NCBI GenBank assembly: GCA_000934665.2
Contig: KZ538768.1
Coordinates: 1 to 64,000 of the forward strand
Direction: 5' to 3'
Source: Catajapyx aquilonaris
Taxonomy: Eukaryota
DNA length: 64,000 bases
Under the pieces are notes generated by a model. That model saw only the letters and a list, made by a program, of their open reading frames with translations, was not told the DNA's origin and did no database searches. This document shows, one piece after another, positions 13,170 through 27,300 of this stretch. The position numbers were made by a program, and so were the translations under genes. Within the stretch, counting starts at the first letter, position 1, and each line of letters begins with the position of its first letter.

Positions 13170-13800
13170 CTTGGAATTTGGCCCTCTCTGCCCCCCCTTC
13201 CACCAAAAAAAAAGGAAGAGGGGAGTGGAGGGGTGGTGGGGTCCACGTGGACGATTCGTGGGGAAGAAATCACGGGAGTCCGATCAAATAAACATGAACG
13301 CGTCGCCATGTAGGTCACTGGGATTTGCATATCCAGCTGTCGCCTATGGCCCCGGAGATATAATGGGTCGGGGAGGAGGTAATTTCTTATTCGCCTCCGT
13401 GGTTCGTGATCATTGGCACGGAATAGTGCGGCGGGATACTCCCTTCTCTGGATTCCATCGGGATTCCCAGAGTTGGCCCGGATCCAAGGCGATGAAATAG
13501 GAGAATGGGTTTGCTTAAGGAGGTTTCTAGGGGGAGGGGGGAGGGTAGGTGGGGGAGGAGGAAAGAGAAAAGGGAAGGTAGCACCATTTGGCGGAGGAGA
13601 GGAGTTGGTGCGGGAAGGCGAAACCATAATCGCCAAGCTTGGTAGCAAAAGAACACCCACTGCGCTGTCAGCCTGCGGTTACTCCGCAGATTATACCCCG
13701 GTTGCGTGATTTACCTGCTGGCTGCCGGAGGAAGAATGGCCATGGCGACGGCCATCTTTGCCGCTCTCTCTACTAAGTCTACTGCATACGGAGACCCCCC

Positions 13801-13924
13801 CATTCAGCAGAGCCTCATCCTCTTTAACCAGCCGGACCACCTAGCCCAAGCAGCCCCCACATTCAGCAGAGCCTCATCCTCTTTAACCAGCCGGACCACC
13901 TAGCCCAAGCAGCCCCCACATTCA
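13801..13924. repeat. Exact tandem duplication, 59-bp unit, about 2.1 copies
   Basis: cattcagcagagcctcatcctctttaaccagccggaccacctagcccaagcagccccca at 13801-13859 and 13860-13918, plus partial cattca at 13919-13924. Confidence 0.95.
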
Positions 13925-16900
13925 CTTATCGCATCTGGGCTGATGCTCAGCAGCTGCTTACAAACTAGCTCAGGTCGAATAGCTGCTTGATGTAGTAGCA
14001 GCTTTTCTTCAGGAGGATATTTGCATTTCAAATAATCAGCGGTTTCAATCTTGGTGATATTTGGTCTAAAATGCAAGCGAGCCCAATGCTTCCTAGTAGG
14101 GCTAAAATTCCTAGTCGCACTTTGCCAACTGTAGAAAATTACTGGATGAATAATAGTTTTTGCCAAGCTGCTTGGTCGTTCAGGGAACGAGTGACGCTCA
14201 ATTGGGGCCAAATAGCTGCTTAAATGCAATAGCCGCTTGACCCAGTGTAAATAGATAGTTGGCCTCTGGCGCTGGGGGCATCTGGCGGGGTCAGATTCGC
14301 CCGCCCCCTTGGAATTAACCCTGGCTGGGGGTCTCCGGTGCGAGCGCCCCCCTGTAACCCCTGCTGGCCCAAATTCCTGGATTCGATTTGGAGCCAGCCT
14401 TTTCCGAGGGGGCGATGGTATCTGTGTCATTTTAGTTCAGAAGCGGTGCAGCACAGCACCACTTGGCCTGCCCAGTCGAGCGTTCCAGATCTACCGAGGG
14501 AATTGCAAATTCTCTTCACATCTGTCTCTGGATTGATCCTGCTGAAAGCAGTGTTGCCGCTCTTTGCTGATCCCCATCTCACCAAACCACCCCCACAGGC
14601 GCTCTGGTGGGGGAGGGGGATTGGATTGGGGTGGGGGAGAAGGGCACGAGGGCGTGGGTAGGTGGGATGAGAGGGAGGTAGGGTGGGAGAAGGGGGGATT
14701 TATGTCACCTACCAAGATAACTTTCAGCTCGTCAGCATGGGTTGGGTTACGGGGGAAACCTAGAAGGTGTCCTTGTCCGAGAGAGCAGCCGGGGAATGAA
14801 GCCATTGGCCCAACATAAGTTTAATTGGCTAAGTGAAGGAGAGGGATTGGACGACGAGAGTGGAAACCGGTGTAATCGCCTCACCGCACAGATCTGCCTT
14901 AAAAATGATTGCTCAATTAATACCACTTCCTCCACGGATCCTGCAGAATTCTCCCACAAAACGTACGCCCCGGAATTGTTATATCTGGCGACGTAAAGGG
15001 TGATGCACAACCCAATATTCCGAGTGGGTCACACTAGCAACCTGTTGGAAGCACCAAGCATAGGAACTGTGGACTTGAACAGTTGTTGTACCGCTCTTTA
15101 TTTCCAACCGTATTCTACCAATATAATCGTGTAAATAATGTTGACTGCACTATCCAATACAGATGCTTCCAATATTTTTTCCCTCTTTCCTGCTGCAGTG
15201 CAGCCATGAATTTGCCGACCGGGTTTGCAAAAACGCATCCTTCTGCCGGCAACGATTGCAACTTTCATAATTTTTCTGACTAAACACCCTGGGGCAAGGA
15301 GCGCGTCATTTGCAGACACACTCCCATCGAAGCCCTCGGGGGGAAAAGTCGGCGTCGTTACAAGCTTCCTCCCTCCCCCTCCACTCCCCCTTCCCCCCTG
15401 CCCTGCTCGGACCCAATTTATTTTTTGAAACCTGCAATTTCCTCCATTGGCCACAGAAATTGAGCCCACGGTATTAGCGCGTAACAAATTAGACTATTTA
15501 TCCGGCGTGTCGCTGCCCATTTAGGTTTTTATGCCGCTAATGCCGGCGTTATGCCACAACTAACGGAAAGAGGGCCTTTATGATCGGATAGCACCTCCCT
15601 GGCCATCAATTTGTAGCTTATTGGCGCTTCCCTGAATGCGGACCGAGTTTTCATGTCGTTCAACCGAATAAAATGCGTGAACGGGTTGGGGGAGGGGGGG
15701 CTTCCCCTCGTCCCCACCCAGCCCACTCTCTATCACCGCTTTTTTCTCTCTCTCTGTCTGTCTACTGGCAGGGAACTCTGTTGTAATATACTAGTAGGTC
15801 GTCAGTTTGGGTGTGAGCTCGAATGTCGGAGGAAAAGGAACCGTTTGAGCAGTCCCGGGACCAGAGACAGTGGACTTGTTTGGCTCAGAGTTGCTTGACA
15901 ACAGCCGTGCCTTGCGTGCCTTTATGGCGAAACCATAGTTTTATGAGAGGCCGTTAGTAGGAGGAAACGACCCGTTTGCATTTCATTACATCAGGAACTA
16001 TCAGCACACGACTTTCGCATTACGATACATACAAGCAAGCCTCTCTCTCTCTGGGTTTTCGCTCTTTCTCTCTCTCTCTCCCTCCCGTTCCTATGCAACC
16101 TCCTGATTATGGGACGCGGCCCACTGTGTTCATTTGGCCCAGGCCGTGGGGGCACTTTGTCACCTACACGCTCCAAATTGCGATGGGGTCGGCGTGGCAA
16201 ATGTCGGCCGGAAAGGAATGTCTGTTATGAGGGCCTTCCACCCCGGCTCTCTCTCTCTGCTTCCCTCTCCCTCGCTCTCTTTTCCCCTGCTGCTGTCCCA
16301 ACGGGACTTCTATGCGGGTAGGGGTTGGAGGGGGGAGGGGAATGTGTGCTGCTGGGTTTTACTGCTCAGATAGGTACAGGTCTGGATGCAGATGGGTTGG
16401 AGCCCCTGATGTTGGGGTCGTCCCCAGGGTTGCGTTCCGTCCAATTCAGAATGAGATACGTGCTCGATTTATTCAGGGATGTAGTCACCATCCTGCATGT
16501 ACTGAGTGGTTTATTCACGGACATGGTGAATGCTGGTAGTCTGACTCTTGTGCGCTTAACAGTATGGCGCATGTTATGGATATGACGTGTCCAGTGTGCT
16601 TGCTTTGTGTTGTTGTTTTTTAAGTCGAAACGTTTTGTTTATCCGCGAGATGTGGGTATAGTTGAAGGATTGTCACTTCAAAAGTTATTAGGAAAATCAT
16701 GCTGATCACGATGAAAATCAGGCGATTGGTTGGATCGGATTCGCGATCTGGTCTCGAGCGCGTCTCTTCGTAAACTCTGCTAGCATAAGAAGGCCGAGGT
16801 TTAAAATATTGAGTAGTAAAACCTGTGCAGGATCGACCGTCCCTGTTATTGCCATCGAAAATATTTTGGCTGAAAATTGTAGTGTTTTTCTGGTATAAAC

Positions 16901-19900
16901 TTAGGCGCCTTCCAAGTGAAGGCCAACTTTCATCCTGACCAGATAGGCAAACCAAGCGCCTCTCTTGCGCGGCAGGAAACCTAAGGGGTCGGGGGCTCCG
17001 AGTCGATGCACTCCAGCCGCGGCCTTCTTCTTCCATTACCATCGGCAGGAAGGGAAAGCGTTTGTTTCTTCCTTTCTGGTCTCCCTGATGTTGTGCATCG
17101 CGAAACTCTGAACAACTTAGAGCCGAACAGCGAGATAGAAACAACTAGACGCGGTTCACATTTCACGTGTTATTTTTCTCACCGCGTCGCACCAGATTCG
17201 TATCTTCGTTACCTTTCGGAGTAATTAAGATTTCGGGCGGCACAAACGGCGGCCTATTTTTTCTCTCTCTGCCCCTCCCTCCCACCTCAACCGGAGAACA
17301 ATTTATCGCTTCCTAGAAAACGGCGGGCATTCCGACCTCTGTACAACTTGGTGTCGTCTACACCGTAGCAGAAATGGGGCGCGTGGGCCTGATTTATTTA
17401 TGCGGGCCGCTCCCACGAGATAAAACATGCAACATGTGCGCAGGCAAGACAGACTGTCCATGGGTATTCAATCTGTCCGGTATTGGGCGTCAGGTTGGAT
17501 TTGATTCCGTCGGGGCGAAACGTGTCGGTCCATTGAATTCATTCGGGGCCTTTTTTTTTTTCGAGGGGTGGAGGGAGGGAGGGGGAGTCGTGGAACGCCA
17601 TTTGGTTTGAGGAATAGTTCAGTCTCTCTCTCCAAACTTTCCTCTCTTTATGCCGATTATGCATTTTGGAGGGTGGCGAGTTTACTCCGTGGTCACTGGC
17701 GAAAAGCCCCGTGAAATTGGGATCAATCGATGCTTGGGAATCTATCAAAAGAAGCGGGTAAAAAAAAAAAGAAAGAGAAGGGAGGGAGAGAAGCTGAGCA
17801 CTTTGGACCTGGTTTTCGTCACTCAAACGCGCACCACTTTTTTACGACAATAAAAACGCTTGCCTTCCCTTTTTTTTCACTCCGATATCATTCCGAGCTA
17901 AAAGTGCTCTAGATATCTATCTAGAAGTAAGAAAAATCTGCCCGCAACCGGACTGGCGATTTTATGTCCGGCCAATAGTTTCATACTGGTCTGACCGCCT
18001 CAAGTATTAGGTTTGGACAGCGTATGGAGGCTGAAATTATGTACGCAACAGTTTGCAATGTTTTTTTTTTTTATTCCTAGTATTTAGATGTCTTAGATTT
18101 GTTTTTTTCGCCCCCCCCCCCTCTCTCTCTCTTTCTCTCTCTCTCTCGCTCGGACAAATGAACGTGCGTGCTGAGACTTTCGCGGGTCGCCGGCTCGGTA
18201 ACCGACGATTGCACCTGACGAAATGTATCGACATTTGGTGGCCGGAATAACTAATTGGTGTGGAAACAAGGCGTCCTTGGTCGGCATCTGCGTGATATGT
18301 CGCGTCTAACAGGAACGGATTAAGGAATTCATGGCCGACCGCTCGGATAAAAACAAAGATGGCCGCGATAGCAATGACAGGCAGGGAGGAGGGGGGGGGG
18401 GGGTATGGCTTGCTGATAAATAGCCGTTATGTACGTTGCCTTTTTGAGCGCAGAGGAGGGGAGGAGGGGATGAAAAAAAAAAGTTTGTACATATTGCAGG
18501 ACATTCTACGCGCAATTTTGTTCGGTTATAACCCGTCCACCCTGCACTTTCCCAGTTAGCCCAGGCGAGGCGGAATATTATGTGGCTATTAATTTGACAT
18601 TGGGTGTGTCTCATATGCATTTAATGGCGGTGTTAGTGTCTCGTGTGGTCGTACGGATCACGGGAATTTCCTACGTGACACCATGTAATGCATAATTAGG
18701 GAGGTTGGGTGTGTGAGAGAGAAAAGAGAGGGGAGGTTGTGCGGGAAGGGGCATGCAGGGTGGTGGGGGGCAAAAAAAAAAAAAGCAGGGGCCAGTTTTT
18801 CGAGCAGAGGTCGAGAAGCCCGAGGTCCTCGCGTGGGCAACGCGTGACGTCAGTATAACCACCATCCCGTGAAGCACGTTCTTATGTAAGCTGACTTTTT
18901 GGGTTGAGCTTATCGTACACAAAATCGGGGGTGGGGGGAGCACGGATCGTGCATATCACCTTCTCCTGCATAAGTTACACTTTTAATGCCATTGTTGTGC
19001 GCATGCAGAATTGAGCAGCTCAATTCCAGCGGCGGTCTTTCTTAAAGGCTGTCGAGCCGACACAAAATACGAGGTAATTGGACGTCCAATAATTAGCAGT
19101 AAATTGGAAACATCTACTTCCCGTACAGGCACCCAAGATTTTTATCTTATTCTGAGAACCGGCCTTGGGTTCCTTTTTCGAAAATTAACCAGAAAGAAAA
19201 AAAAAATCAAGGTCTGATCCACGCCGTATATAGGGTGTATAACATGTCAGAGTGGAATCTAAAATAAGATCGAGGCTATAATGACAAAAGCCTCTCCCTT
19301 TCTCCTGGCCTCTACCCCCCTCCCACCATCCCTCGTTGGTTGGTCCCGTGACGCAGAAATCTTTTCTAGATGTTCGCCATGACCCTCGGTGTAGTATTTT
19401 GAGCGTGAAATTCGGAGGGGAGATGGAGGCTTTTAGGCTGTCGTGTCACCGTCCGGGGAAGGACAACTTGGGAGGGTAATGTGGTCGTGCCGGGCCGCGC
19501 TCGTGTGAACTGGACATCTGCTGGGGCAATCGCGCATCGCCAAATATGCATCGCCCCCAACGAGGGCTTGGACCCCGAGGGCCACGGTTTAGTTAGGCAG
19601 CTCACTCTTCTTTTTTTTCCCCCCTCTGCCTCTGCCCCTTTTTTGTGTGTATGTTCGAAGAGCGGGAGTACGGCGTGCAAGTTTTTTGACCACTCATTTT
19701 CCTAATTATAGCCCGAGGGATGGGATGTTGTGGAGAGTAGAAATAATTGTTGCGGTCAATACTGTAGTGCAATAACTTGTGTGCCGTAACCGGGTTTTTT
19801 TTTTGGTATGCGTCTCAACATCCAACCTGGGCTGGTGGGTATGGTTGCAACATGTGCCAGCAGGTTTGGAAAGTGCCATCTGGTCAGTGCATACAAGCAG

Positions 19901-22900
19901 AAGGGAGAGGGAGAGAGGGCCTATCATTTTGTCCTCTGCCAACTCCGGAGCAAGTTTCTGCCTGTTAGTATACACCGACCCGACTGTAATTGGCTTATGA
20001 AGCACACTTTAGTTTCCATACGAAAACACGATGATGCAGTCAATAATTCGATTTTCCAATACACAGGCCCAGTCGATGAGCGGGGGATGAGGGAGTGAGG
20101 GGGAGGGGGGATGGCCAACATCAGGGGCAGTTATGTGTGGAGGACATTTCTTATTTGCATGGGAGTGGCGATTAGATTTTCCCCCGTCGCCTGCCCCCCC
20201 CAGAATTAAAGTCTGCAACCGAATCTGAATCCCAGCTCGCTCTATTATTTACGCAGAGGGCTTCCTCCAACATGTATATCTCTCCCAGGAGAGAGGCCAG
20301 AAGCCGCAAGGAAGGCAAGAAAGCAGGGGTTTCGACAAGGCATTTAACCATTGGAAGACCAGGCTTGCCTCGGTTTCCACCCCTCCCAGTATTGGCCATT
20401 GAATTATTGATCTTCAATTGTATTCGGTATCTGTACTGCACGGGGAGTGCATCCGAAGTGTTCCGTTGCGAGATCGCTAACTAGACCAGATTTGGTTTTG
20501 TAATATGGTAACTGCCGCACGGTTCAAAACCGGAACTAAGCGGCTCCTGAATTTAAGCTCCTCTTGATTTTTTTTGTGTGTGCGCCATCCGCATGGGTTG
20601 TTTACACCTTCTTTTGCGGCTCCATCTGCAGGTTACTGACAGCATAATCTCCTTACCAGCTTTTGGATGCCGGAAAATTTCCTGATTGGGGCATCACAAG
20701 CCAATTGGCGCATGTGTCTACCACCATGCTTTTTTAATATACAAAGTAAAATAAGTTTACAATGAGAAATACTGACTGCAGTTTGTCAGGGATTATTAGG
20801 TGCAGAGCCCAGCATCATCAAATCATTTATGAGCGTAAACAAGGTGTGTTCCGGAACTGAAAGGTCTTCGCTCCCCCGTCTGCATTGTCGTGTTTGCTGC
20901 CTCGAAGCTGACGAGGGTAAATACCAGCACCCTCCCACGCCTTCTTCTTCCATCCATCCACCCCCTTCTCCCCAAGCCCTCCAGTAATAATTGTAGTGTC
21001 TGGCTTACTCAGAGCATGTGTACCGAGCCGACCGCCATTAAGTCAGCAGAGATGCCTTAGTCCGTGTCCTTGAGCAAGGATGCATGTTTGTTTGGGCTGG
21101 TTGTCCCCCAGGGGCCGTCAGTCCGTCCGTCCGTCCGCTGGGGGGTAGGAGGAGGAGGAGGAGGCAGACCCTGCAAGACTCTTTCTTGTAGCTCTTCTCT
21201 GCGACCGCAGTGAGAATTCGCAGGAGAGGGAGGGGATGGAGGGGCTTTCCGGGCAAGTTTACCATCAAGCCGCGTCCCCTTATTTGAAGTGACTTAATCA
21301 AATTGCTTCACGCACTGTTTCCTTGGAATGGGGACGGGTCCTGGAAATATGTCGACCGGGAAAGGGGGGGGATGGGACTCCTCCACCCTTCCAACCCTCG
21401 TCCGAAAGAGAGGAGACGCCGGCGCCACAATTGTTTTCCAGAGGCCTTGTCAGTGGAAGGGGTTGTGTGGGTGGGTGGAAAAGGAAGGCCCCCCCTGACC
21501 ATACCGTGGCAACGTGGCGGGGAGCTCGGCCGTCTTTTGTTATTAATGAGGCACATTAAGCTGACAATGAAACATCGTCTGGCTCGCCCGTGCGTTTTGC
21601 TGAAAGACAGTGCTCGTGAGGCGGGGAGAAAGAGATGGGGACGGCTCACTGGATGCTGCTGCTTCTGCCTTTTGCTCAGGGGGAGGAAGAGTGGGAGAAT
21701 CAGAACACAACGAGAGGTAAAAATGACAATGTACGATATGCCAGAGGGATGTTCGGGAAATTATTGCCTGGTTTTCCGCCGTGTTTTTGGGGAAAGTGGC
21801 GCCGGCGCCGTCGTTTCAAGACGGGTGGCCTCTTTGCTCACTTGAAATGCCTGATGCCGACTCCCGGCCGTAATTTACTTTTACAATTTTCACACTCGTA
21901 AGAAAATTAATTACTTGCGAAAGGCAGCACCTACCCAAACCAACCCAATCACATATATCAGCCATGGTAAACATTCATTACATGGGCCCATAAACCGCTT
22001 TATGTGACGGATGAAATGCTATAAACCGCCGGGTTAATACTACTAAGCCGTAATTGTAAGTATTGTCTTAATGGCATTCTCTGGTAACTGGAAACTATGA
22101 AAAATTCATTCTCCTCTGTAAGTGACTCGCTTATATATGCGCCGTGGCATTGAAGAGGAGAAATGTGGCCCATTTTAATGATTTCCTAATATTGTAACGG
22201 AGTGTGACGGCCTGCATTGCATTAGGAAAAAAAAAACTCCCCATGTTCCGCTCGTTACTCTCGAAGATTTTTCTCTCCCCCCTTTTTTTGTGCGCGTGGT
22301 AGATGAAAACGGTAATCTTCGGATGTGGTGTAGGACGGCTTTGGATGGTTTGCGAGGCATTAACACCTTTGTTCCCAAAAGCCCTTGTAAGGTTTTTCAG
22401 GGTAATTCCTGGATGATTTTATTATGCGCGGCCCCGGTGTGTGATGCTGCTCCGGATTCGTGGGCATTGTACACATTTTTTGGGCACGCACGTATTATGA
22501 GTAATCCCGGATTAACAACTTAATTTCCTGATTACTTACGTGCTAAACTCCGAGTAATGGTCCTGGGGAGGGGGGAACGTTAATGTATTAACTTATCACT
22601 TTTTTTTTTTTTGCACTCCCTCGCTTTTACACATTTGCACCGTTGCAGAGTCTCTCGTGTTATGAGAAAGCACAGTTGCCCCTCGTTTACACCTACTAAA
22701 AATTTTCTGTCAGTTCTACCTTTCAAGGTACGGTTTTTCATTGCGAGTTTCATGCGAGAAATAAATAGGAGCTCGTCTCAAATGATATTGCAAACCGATT
22801 GGGTGTCTCCTTACGCGTGTGAGAGTGAAGGAATATGCCCGGATACGCTTGTTTTGGTAAATGCCTCTGCCCCCAGTCCCCCCGCCCCAACTCCCGTTCC

Positions 22901-23783
22901 CTTCTGTTATCCCGAATTTGTTCCGGACCGAGTGGTAAGCTTTGGCAGCTGCTGGGTTTCAGGCGGTAGTTGCATACGCCCAAGTGACCTTCGCCGCCGC
23001 CTCAACAATGCGTTTCTGCCCCCTGCATTCTCTTCCCTGGAGACATTTGCTCTCCGAGTCTTGCGCGCGTTATTACAATGCCCGTCTAATTACCTAATGC
23101 TAATTTGGAGATACGCAGTAGTCTACTCGTATTTACGTATGCAAATACGCAGTTAATTATCGTTTCCCTTCCGGCTTCTTTTCGTTGCCTGTGTTGCTTT
23201 CAAATTACTATTGTGACATCCGCTTAGGTGTAGAACGCGTCATGCTAATTTTGCGGATATTTTTGGTGACTCAGCACCAGCAGGGCCAGGCTTCGGGACC
23301 TGCAGGTGCGTCCGCACTGCAGTAACAGCCCCATTTGAAAGTGACCTCCTCTTGCATAATGTTTGCTCACAGACATCAAATGTTAACCCTTTTGATCTCC
23401 TTGTTTCTGTTGCGTGTTTACTTATTTAGGGAACTTATCCGAAATTTGGGCTGTCCTCCGCCTATAATTATACCAAAAGTGTGGACGCGGTTTGGTGAAG
23501 AGAACCCTGTGGGGTGTCGGTGAATGCGAGGTAAATTCTCGGGGGCCAGGCAGCTGCAAGTGTGATTTAAGCCCACATGGAACAACCTGCGCTATAAACC
23601 AGTAGCCCCAGCTTGAATGGATCGAGGAAGAAAAACACGGAGGCCGTCCGCCCCGGCGAAAATCGTCAAAACTCATTTAGCCGCATCTGATTAAAATGAA
23701 TCGCTGCCGAAAATTAGTCCATCAAGGGCCATTTATCTTGAAGGGAGGGAAAAGAGGGGATGGCGGTTTGGCGGGATGGGAGC

Positions 23784-23797
23784 CAGAGCAGAGCAGA

Positions 23798-23835
<38 letters not shown>
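23784..23835. repeat. Compound microsatellite (CAGAG)4(AG)16
   Basis: Directly visible. Confidence 0.93.
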
Positions 23836-23837
<2 letters not shown>

Positions 23838-24357
23838 GAGGGTAGTCGAAGCCTGTGTTGCGTCGGTGCGTTTTGCCCGGGCCCCTCTTCCGCCCGAAAA
23901 CTCAAAAAGAGGGGAAGAGGATGGAGGGAGGGGGAATGGGGGGGAAAAAAAGCAAAGCGAAACAAAAGAGGGGGGACCGACACAGAAACAATGAAAGACC
24001 TCGCTCGACAACAGAATTCAATTTTCGGTATCATCACGCCAGAGACCCGCAGCTCCATTTGCATCCTCGCCGACGAACCGCAATCCCATTTCCCACCCAA
24101 AATGGGCATTCCCTAACTCTTTTTTTTCCACCCTCTCTCTTTCTCTCGCTCTTTTTTGGTGGAATAGGAGGGTCTGTTCAGGTGTTTGCCTATTTGTGCA
24201 TACCTGCCTTCGAAACTTGCCCAAGTTGTGGAGGTGCTGGCAGGGTGTGTCCTGTCCCCGGGTTGTTTGCCGATATCTTCATTGGCAAGTCCTTGCCCCA
24301 TCTCGGCATGTGGAAGGCAGGTTACATGTGCTGCACCACAGGCCTTTGCCGCCCCCG

Positions 24358-24384
24358 CTGCTGCTGCTGCTGCTGCTGCTGCTG
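24358..24384. repeat. (CTG)9 trinucleotide repeat
   Basis: Directly visible; produces the poly-A, poly-C, poly-L and poly-S stretches in the overlapping spurious ORFs. Confidence 0.95.
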
Positions 24385-27300
24385 TAGCTTGATGGCGGCG
24401 ATGAGCGTGGTGCGAAAGGGTGGAAGGAGGGGAGTGGAGGGGGACGGCGATGAATAATCATCCCTCCCCGCCGTTGGTCTCCTCTAATGGCCGCGTGTTG
24501 GCCGGCCTCGGAACGATGATTAATACACAGCCAGAAAATGGTAATGCTCTTAGTGTAATCAGGGCTGGCAATTCCCACCCCGCCAGTGGATGGAAGGGGG
24601 GTGGGGATCCAGACACACAGCGAGAGAGAGAGAGGTGCTAAGGAAAAAAGGTAGCGTCGAGTTTTTTTTCCCCCTCGTCTGGAAATAAACACATTTACAC
24701 GACAAGTGCAGCATCGATCTTCCTCCAACGGAGGCACTTGGCTCCAATTATTGTTTCATTCTGGGCATCAGTTTCAATCATTGGGTTTGGGCGCGATTCC
24801 GCTGCAAATGGGGAGAGGGTATGGTCAACTGGGCTCCGAGTTCAGCGGGCATTACTGATAATCTGTCACTGGAGAGGCGGGAAGGATATGGCCTTCCCCT
24901 CCTCTCAGGCTTAGTAGTATAGTAGTAGTAGTAGAGCATCCTCCCAGCCCGTGTTGCCTCCAGGCTGTTTTTAAGGGGGTGGGATGGGACTGGCTCTTGT
25001 GTGATCGACGAGCTGTTTATAGGCGCACGAGCCGGATTCTATTCGTCAAGAGAAGTGAGAGCCCCGCAGTGCGGAAGCTTATCGGTAGGTGGGGGCGCAT
25101 CGCATGATGAATTGGGATTCATTAACAGGTCGCCTTGGCCCAGCGCTCAATCATGGTCCCAGTGAAGCGCAGGTGGGGGGTTGCAGGGAAGGAGGGAAAG
25201 GACAGGAGACACATTCTTGGGAGGAAAAGCCCGGGGACTGAAATTTACACGGCTTGTTCAACATGCAATCTGCAGTGCACGTCAGCGGGGATACTAATTT
25301 CATTTCCATTGATACAAAGTGTACGGGATTGTTAGTTACGCGCGCGGTATGCTGTACCGATGATGGTCCTCCGATGTCGTAAAATCTATGCCCGGACACT
25401 GATCGCTTTTCGTGCCGCGGACCTGGCAACATACGTTTAAATAATTCGCGGTAAATTTTATTAAACTTGTCAGGAGGTTTAATCTGCTAACCAGGGCGTC
25501 CTGGCTAATGGGTAATTTAGTGAAACACATTTCCGTTGGCGCTTTGCGTTACGTGACGCCCTAAATCGTCCCCACTTCAATGTGTACACGTCGCTTCCGC
25601 AGGCAATTTATGGTTTCATCAGCGTCAATATCATTGTAGTCTGGGACCAAGAGCCGTGTCTGTCGCTTTCTCCTTCGTCCTTTTTTTTTTTATCAGTTGG
25701 TTCATTCACGCCACTCGGATAGGAAACGAGACGACTCGAGGACAGCTTAATAAGATCCATCATTGCACGCAATGTGTAGTAGCTTGGCGTTTACCGTCGC
25801 CAATCGATGCCACCGGCCAACTGCTGGATGGAAAGAGAGAAGAGCCAAGAGAGTGTGGTGGGGGTATACTGCCAGAAAGAGGGGGGGAATGAGATGAGGG
25901 GAGGGGGGGAGGGGGAGATGACGACGACTCGGGGGAGGTCAAAATGTCGGCGGACAAAAGGTGGGTGGGGGCGTTGGAAGGGGCGACTTCCGCCATGCCC
26001 TAACCTTCTCCAATGCTGCCCTAATTATTTCCCATGAAATTAGTTCGTCCGAAGAGACAAAGGGGGCTCGTTAGTGGGGGTGAGGTAATGGACCTGGCGC
26101 TCGTGGTGGGCTCTCGATTGCGCTGACAAAGACAACTCACCTACACTGCAGCTGTCTGCCTTCAACCTGCCAGAGGGTTTCAGACCCCCACAACTACCTA
26201 CCTACCTGCCACCGTCTTAGGAACATTATTTACCCAGTCGGAAGCCGCAAGCCTTGTTTCTCAACCAGCCCAAAGTACCCCTATTTTGCCAGCGCATTCT
26301 CTTCTAATCCTAATAGTTGGCTGTCCCTTCTCTACTGGCTGCTTAGTAATGATTCCGACTACATTCCAGGGTGAGCTCCTGGACATTAGGGGGATCTTTT
26401 TGTGTAGGGGTATAATATGGCCCCCACAGCATTGTTAACGACATAATTAGCGTTAATTCTCCTGCATTGCCACTGCGACATTTCCATCGCCTCGGAGGCT
26501 GCCGGCTGCGCCTAATTCGATTGCAGTTTAAATTAATATTTGCGTGGTAACACCTGCATTTAAATATAAAAATCGTCGTTTGAGGTCCTTTAGCTCGATA
26601 ATAAAAGACACCTCTACATAAAACGTGCCTTGGAAGTTTTGTCTGAATTGTTATGGACCACCCTGCATATCACTTTGGGAGGTCTCATTCTCTCCCACCT
26701 TGATATATATTTTTCATCTCTCTTCTTCTCTCTCCCTCGGCGAAGTGGCGACTATAAATAGTGCGGAGTCTCCAGGAATAGGTCCCATGGTGGGAAGCAT
26801 CCCAGTCTTGCGCTGCCACATTATCTTAGGGTGACAGTGGCCGGGGGATGAGTTATACCCTCGTCTCGGATATCAGTTGCTCCACGCGCCTACCCTTGGG
26901 AAAAGTGTCAGAGGCTGGTAAATACACTAGATCATATGCGGGTCCCGCCTCGTTTCCACAGGTCCTCCAAGGTGCTGCTATATAACCAACTAGGGAGCAG
27001 CAGGTGAGGGCTTCGGGGCCCAATTTCTTTTTCGCATACTCCGTTCATTTTGCGTTCACCTCAAGCACGATATCAATATTTTTGGGATGGATAAATGCAC
27101 CAGTTCGATGCTGGTTCCATGTGGAAATTCCCGCGCATTTTTTTAAAAAAGCCTAGTCTTACCATTTTTTTCCGGCATTGGTGGTCCTAATTCTCCGTGA
27201 GATTTTGGGAACATAAGTGCGTGGAGAGGGCCAACCCCGGTGTACGGTGCTTCCAAGAGTTGGCCGCCCTGCAATGGAACCGGGCAATTCGACTAAGGAC

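Noticed and set aside
12833..13660. Longest ORFs (e.g. 253 aa at 12899-13660, - strand)
   Set aside because: They are open largely because they run through the 167-N gap.
13801..14238. CRISPR-like array
   Set aside because: There are two adjacent 59-bp copies without spacers and irregularly spaced 8-11-bp motifs, in a eukaryotic context with no cas genes.
19481..19530. RVNWTS peptide resembling the RRM1 C-terminal KVNWA motif
   Set aside because: Only three residues match, the context is unrelated and there are no fitting splice sites.
24186..24392. Poly-alanine ORF (CAAPQAFAAPAAAAAAAAAVA) as an N-terminal exon of the TIA gene
   Set aside because: It is explained by the (CTG)9 microsatellite, ends in a stop without a good donor and has no polypyrimidine acceptor.
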